Below, piece by piece: positions 61,378 through 64,000 of a DNA stretch of 64,000 nucleotides (position 1 is the first letter of the stretch; each line of letters begins with the position of its first letter). A model generated the notes under the pieces. It saw only the letters and a list, made by a program, of their open reading frames with translations, was not told the DNA's origin and did not search any database. A program made the position numbers and the translations under genes. This stretch comes from a virus (lineage: Duplodnaviria > Heunggongvirae > Uroviricota > Caudoviricetes): the IMG/VR virus record IMGVR_UViG_3300007747_000008, positions 45,828 through 109,827 of that record. One strand, 5' to 3'.

Positions 61378-61710
61378 ATGAGATTCAGTGATTTAACTGA
61401 AGATGCACCTGCAAAAGATATTCGCAACATGATCACAAGTGTTGCTTTATCATTGGTTGCCAGCGGTCGTGAGAATGTTAGTATACAGTCATTAATTGCA
61501 GAAATTAAAAAACGTACTAATATCGACGTACCCTACAATGTCATGATGGATATTTTAAATTCTCTTCCATTCGTACAGGACGCAAGTTCTGATATGGTTC
61601 AGTTTGCAGGTGCAGACGAAAGTAGTTCAAGTGAAGAGGGCGAAAGCTCGGAAGACATGGTTAGCGATATGGCAACCAAAGCTGCAACAAGCAGCATGAG
61701 ACAAAAATAA
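61378..61710 (+). CDS. Hypothetical protein
   Basis: 110 aa; GAGG RBS. Confidence 0.6.
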   Translation: MRFSDLTEDAPAKDIRNMITSVALSLVASGRENVSIQSLIAEIKKRTNIDVPYNVMMDILNSLPFVQDASSDMVQFAGADESSSSEEGESSEDMVSDMATKAATSSMRQK

Positions 61711-61741
61711 TTGAGACAAAATACAAAAAATGTCCTATAAT
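61711..61741 (+). promoter_or_regulatory. Pre-replicative promoter variant (GAGACA-N17-TATAAT)
   Basis: TTGAGACAAAATACAAAAAATGTCCTATAAT. Confidence 0.7.
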
Positions 61742-61754
61742 AGGAGTACAACGG

Positions 61755-62462
61755 ATGTACACACCCCCTATGACAAATCGGTACGAGTATCTTGGTTATG
61801 AACGCATTGAAGGCGGCCCAGAAGGTCGCCTTTATTCTACCCCAACCGGGAACCTACCATCTGTTACAACCATCTTGAGTGCAACCTCAGATGATGACGG
61901 TTTAAAGCAATGGCGAGCATTTGTTGGCGATGCCAAGGCAGATGAAATCGTTTTAGAAGCTTGTACAATCGGAACCTTTATGCATGAGAATTTGGAAAGA
62001 CGCCTTGTCGGTGATGAAGATCATCAAGGTGGGATGCCAATTCGTGTACTAGCAAGAAGTATGGCTGACGTTATTCAACGTGAGGCATGGCCTAAAATTA
62101 ATGAAGTATGGGGACAAGAAGTACCATTATTTTACGAAGGTCTTTGGGCTGGAACAACTGACTTAGTTGGAATGCATGATGGAATACCAACAATAATGGA
62201 TTACAAGAATTCCCGTAAACCTAAAAAGTGGGACAAGATAGAAAACTACCGTCTACAAACCGCCGCATATGCAATAGCACATAATCAAATGTTCGGAACA
62301 GATATTAACCGTGGTGTTATTTTTATTTGTGTTCGAGAAGATCCAAATAACCTAAAATACCAAGAATTCATAATTGAAGGTCAGGATTTTGAAGATGCTA
62401 AGAAAGGTTGGATTGAACGAGTAGAACAATATTACATTATGAAAGGCGACATAAAAGAGTGA
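61755..62462 (+). CDS. PD-(D/E)xK exonuclease
   Basis: PSVTTIL, GTFMH, QEVPL, AGTTDL, IMDYKNS, QTAAYA. Confidence 0.88.
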   Translation: MYTPPMTNRYEYLGYERIEGGPEGRLYSTPTGNLPSVTTILSATSDDDGLKQWRAFVGDAKADEIVLEACTIGTFMHENLERRLVGDEDHQGGMPIRVLARSMADVIQREAWPKINEVWGQEVPLFYEGLWAGTTDLVGMHDGIPTIMDYKNSRKPKKWDKIENYRLQTAAYAIAHNQMFGTDINRGVIFICVREDPNNLKYQEFIIEGQDFEDAKKGWIERVEQYYIMKGDIKE

Positions 62463-63016
62463 ACAGAGCAATGAAAGAAGATATTTTTACAATTAAAGCA
62501 CTTGAAAGTAAAGGTTATCAGATCAATGAACTAATTGAATTATCTGATGAACAACTAGACGCACTACCAATTTCCCAGCGTCTTATTGAAGGTATTAAAA
62601 CCGTTAAAGCACGTGGTGGTAAAACTGCTGATGAGATCGCAGAAGAACTTGCTGATCTAATGACCCATGATGTTACCAGTACTGAAGAAGTTAATGCTCC
62701 TGAACTTGCAGAAGTATATGAAACCAATACCGAAGAACATAATGTTATCCAAGAAGAAATCAAACAAGAAGTCATTGTTGAAGAATTGAAAGATGATGAA
62801 GTTATTATCGTTCGCAAAGAATCAAATCAAGATGATGTTACTACCGTTGTTGAAGTACTAGCAACCAAAGAATACAAATCATTCCAGCCATATATCAAAT
62901 TACTTCAAACTGAAGTTCCAAAACCTATTTTGGACGCAGTTGACAGCACACTTCTAACTGAGCTAATCGAAAAACGAATTGCCGAAGTTAAAGCCGAAGC
63001 CAAAAAAAATAAATAA
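62459..63016 (+). CDS. Acidic protein with possible N-terminal helix-hairpin-helix domain
   Basis: IKALESKGYQINELIELSDEQLDALPISQRLIEGIK then a Glu-rich region. Confidence 0.55.
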   Translation: MNRAMKEDIFTIKALESKGYQINELIELSDEQLDALPISQRLIEGIKTVKARGGKTADEIAEELADLMTHDVTSTEEVNAPELAEVYETNTEEHNVIQEEIKQEVIVEELKDDEVIIVRKESNQDDVTTVVEVLATKEYKSFQPYIKLLQTEVPKPILDAVDSTLLTELIEKRIAEVKAEAKKNK

Positions 63017-63045
63017 TCCTATACTAATATAGGAGATTTTTAGTT

Positions 63046-63618
63046 ATGGCACAAAAACAAATTGCCTTACAGCAAGTGAGATCAGGTAAGCAACGTGATT
63101 TACCTGATGCACTTGAGAAAGGTCAAATCGGATTCAGTACTGACGTAGGCCGTGTATTCATAGGACTTCCAAGTAGTTCAGACCCTGCTTCTTTAGTTGC
63201 AGGTCGTAACTGGACTAATGCACCTAATAGCGGAAAAGAAAACGTAGAAATCGTAACTGAATTTACACCGTGGGGAATTGTTAACGGTATCGTTAATAAA
63301 CCTAATGTTCTACAATTGGCACCTAATCAAACTACAGTAACCACCGTTCGCTCAACATCTCGGGTATTTCTTGAGTATGTTGCATATGATGATGCTACGT
63401 TGCTTGAAACTGGTGCAGTTCAAATTGTAGCATTTGATAATACTAGAGTATTAATTTCTCAACAGAACAACACAAACAAAACTGATGGTATAATTGAAAT
63501 AGACTTCGAGCAACCATCATATGATACTAGTACTCAACGACTAACCATTTCAGTAAACAATGGTAGTACTTCGAGTATTACACTTGAATTTATTATAAGA
63601 GGGTGGGATGAGCAATAA
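63046..63618 (+). CDS. Virion protein with Mtd-N/hyaluronidase-N-like attachment motif
   Basis: QQVRSG...LP..LEKGQIGFSTDVGRVFIG. Confidence 0.6.
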   Translation: MAQKQIALQQVRSGKQRDLPDALEKGQIGFSTDVGRVFIGLPSSSDPASLVAGRNWTNAPNSGKENVEIVTEFTPWGIVNGIVNKPNVLQLAPNQTTVTTVRSTSRVFLEYVAYDDATLLETGAVQIVAFDNTRVLISQQNNTNKTDGIIEIDFEQPSYDTSTQRLTISVNNGSTSSITLEFIIRGWDEQ

Positions 63619-63640
63619 AGGCGAGTCCCGCCTTTTTATT
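63617..63640 (+). terminator. Intrinsic terminator
   Basis: AAAGGCG-AGTCC-CGCCTTT-TTATT. Confidence 0.8.
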
Positions 63641-63684
63641 CCCCATAATAAATAAAAAACAAAATAATTACACAAGGAAGTCAA

Positions 63685-64000
63685 ATGATCAACGTTACTA
63701 AACGTGATGGTGCGAAAGAAGCACTAGATTTAGAAAAAATTCACCAGATTCTTTTTTTCGCAGGTGAAGGATTAGCAGGTGTTTCAGTTTCAGAAATTGA
63801 AGTAAAAGCACAGCTACAGTTTTTTGAAGGTATTGAAACAACGGCTATTCATGATATTCTAATCAAAGCAGCATCAGAACTTATCTCGGCTGATACCCCT
63901 AATTACCAATACGCTGCTGGCAGATTGATAAACTATTCACTACGTAAAAAAGTGTATGGTGATTATGAACCTCACAAATTTACTGCACATGTACAGGATA
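63685..64000 (+). CDS. nrdA: Ribonucleotide reductase alpha subunit, 5' part (ATP cone)
   Basis: MINVTKRDGAKEALDLEKIH...IHDILIKAASELIS...PNYQYAAGRL...LRKKVYG. Confidence 0.92.
   Translation, partial: MINVTKRDGAKEALDLEKIHQILFFAGEGLAGVSVSEIEVKAQLQFFEGIETTAIHDILIKAASELISADTPNYQYAAGRLINYSLRKKVYGDYEPHKFTAHVQD

Noticed and set aside
63046-63618. Diversity-generating retroelement target, suggested by the Mtd-N-like motif
   Set aside because: No reverse transcriptase or template/variable repeat pair in the window; the motif is a common virion attachment domain.

Overview
AT-rich, gene-dense 64 kb segment of a T4-related jumbo myovirus. Gene content and order resemble the RaK2/GAP32/PBECO4-like group; this is recognised from motifs and synteny, not from a database search. 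Left to right the window holds: (1) a minus-strand baseplate operon (gp7-like partial, gp6, gp25, lysozyme, gp5 spike, hub, gp53, tube initiator); (2) gp55 late sigma, gp47/gp46 and endonuclease VII; (3) a ~0.7 kb non-coding region with its own promoter and terminator; (4) gp26/gp51-like, tape-measure candidate, portal, prohead core, protease, scaffold and major capsid genes; (5) a homing-endonuclease islet and a tail fibre with Tfa chaperone; (6) a replication/recombination block (PolB, clamp, RNase H, terminase, gp32, UvsX, UvsY, UvsW, mini-DnaE, primase, helicase); (7) probable head proteins, an exonuclease and the start of nrdA. Two promoter classes are visible: GGGACA-N16/17-TATAAT before replication genes and T4-like (T)ATAAATA before virion genes. 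Most notable observations: a 164-aa ORF next to the polymerase carries a circularly permuted copy of the phage's own portal clip region (18 aa identical, 6 synonymous and 0 non-synonymous changes); a 56-aa ORF copies the capsid protein N-arm; a ~445-nt densely structured ncRNA candidate; strong over-representation of the palindrome AGTACT; a 208-aa minimal DnaE; and a probable -1 frameshift joining gp26-like and gp51-like ORFs. No tRNA, CRISPR array, intron or intein could be supported.
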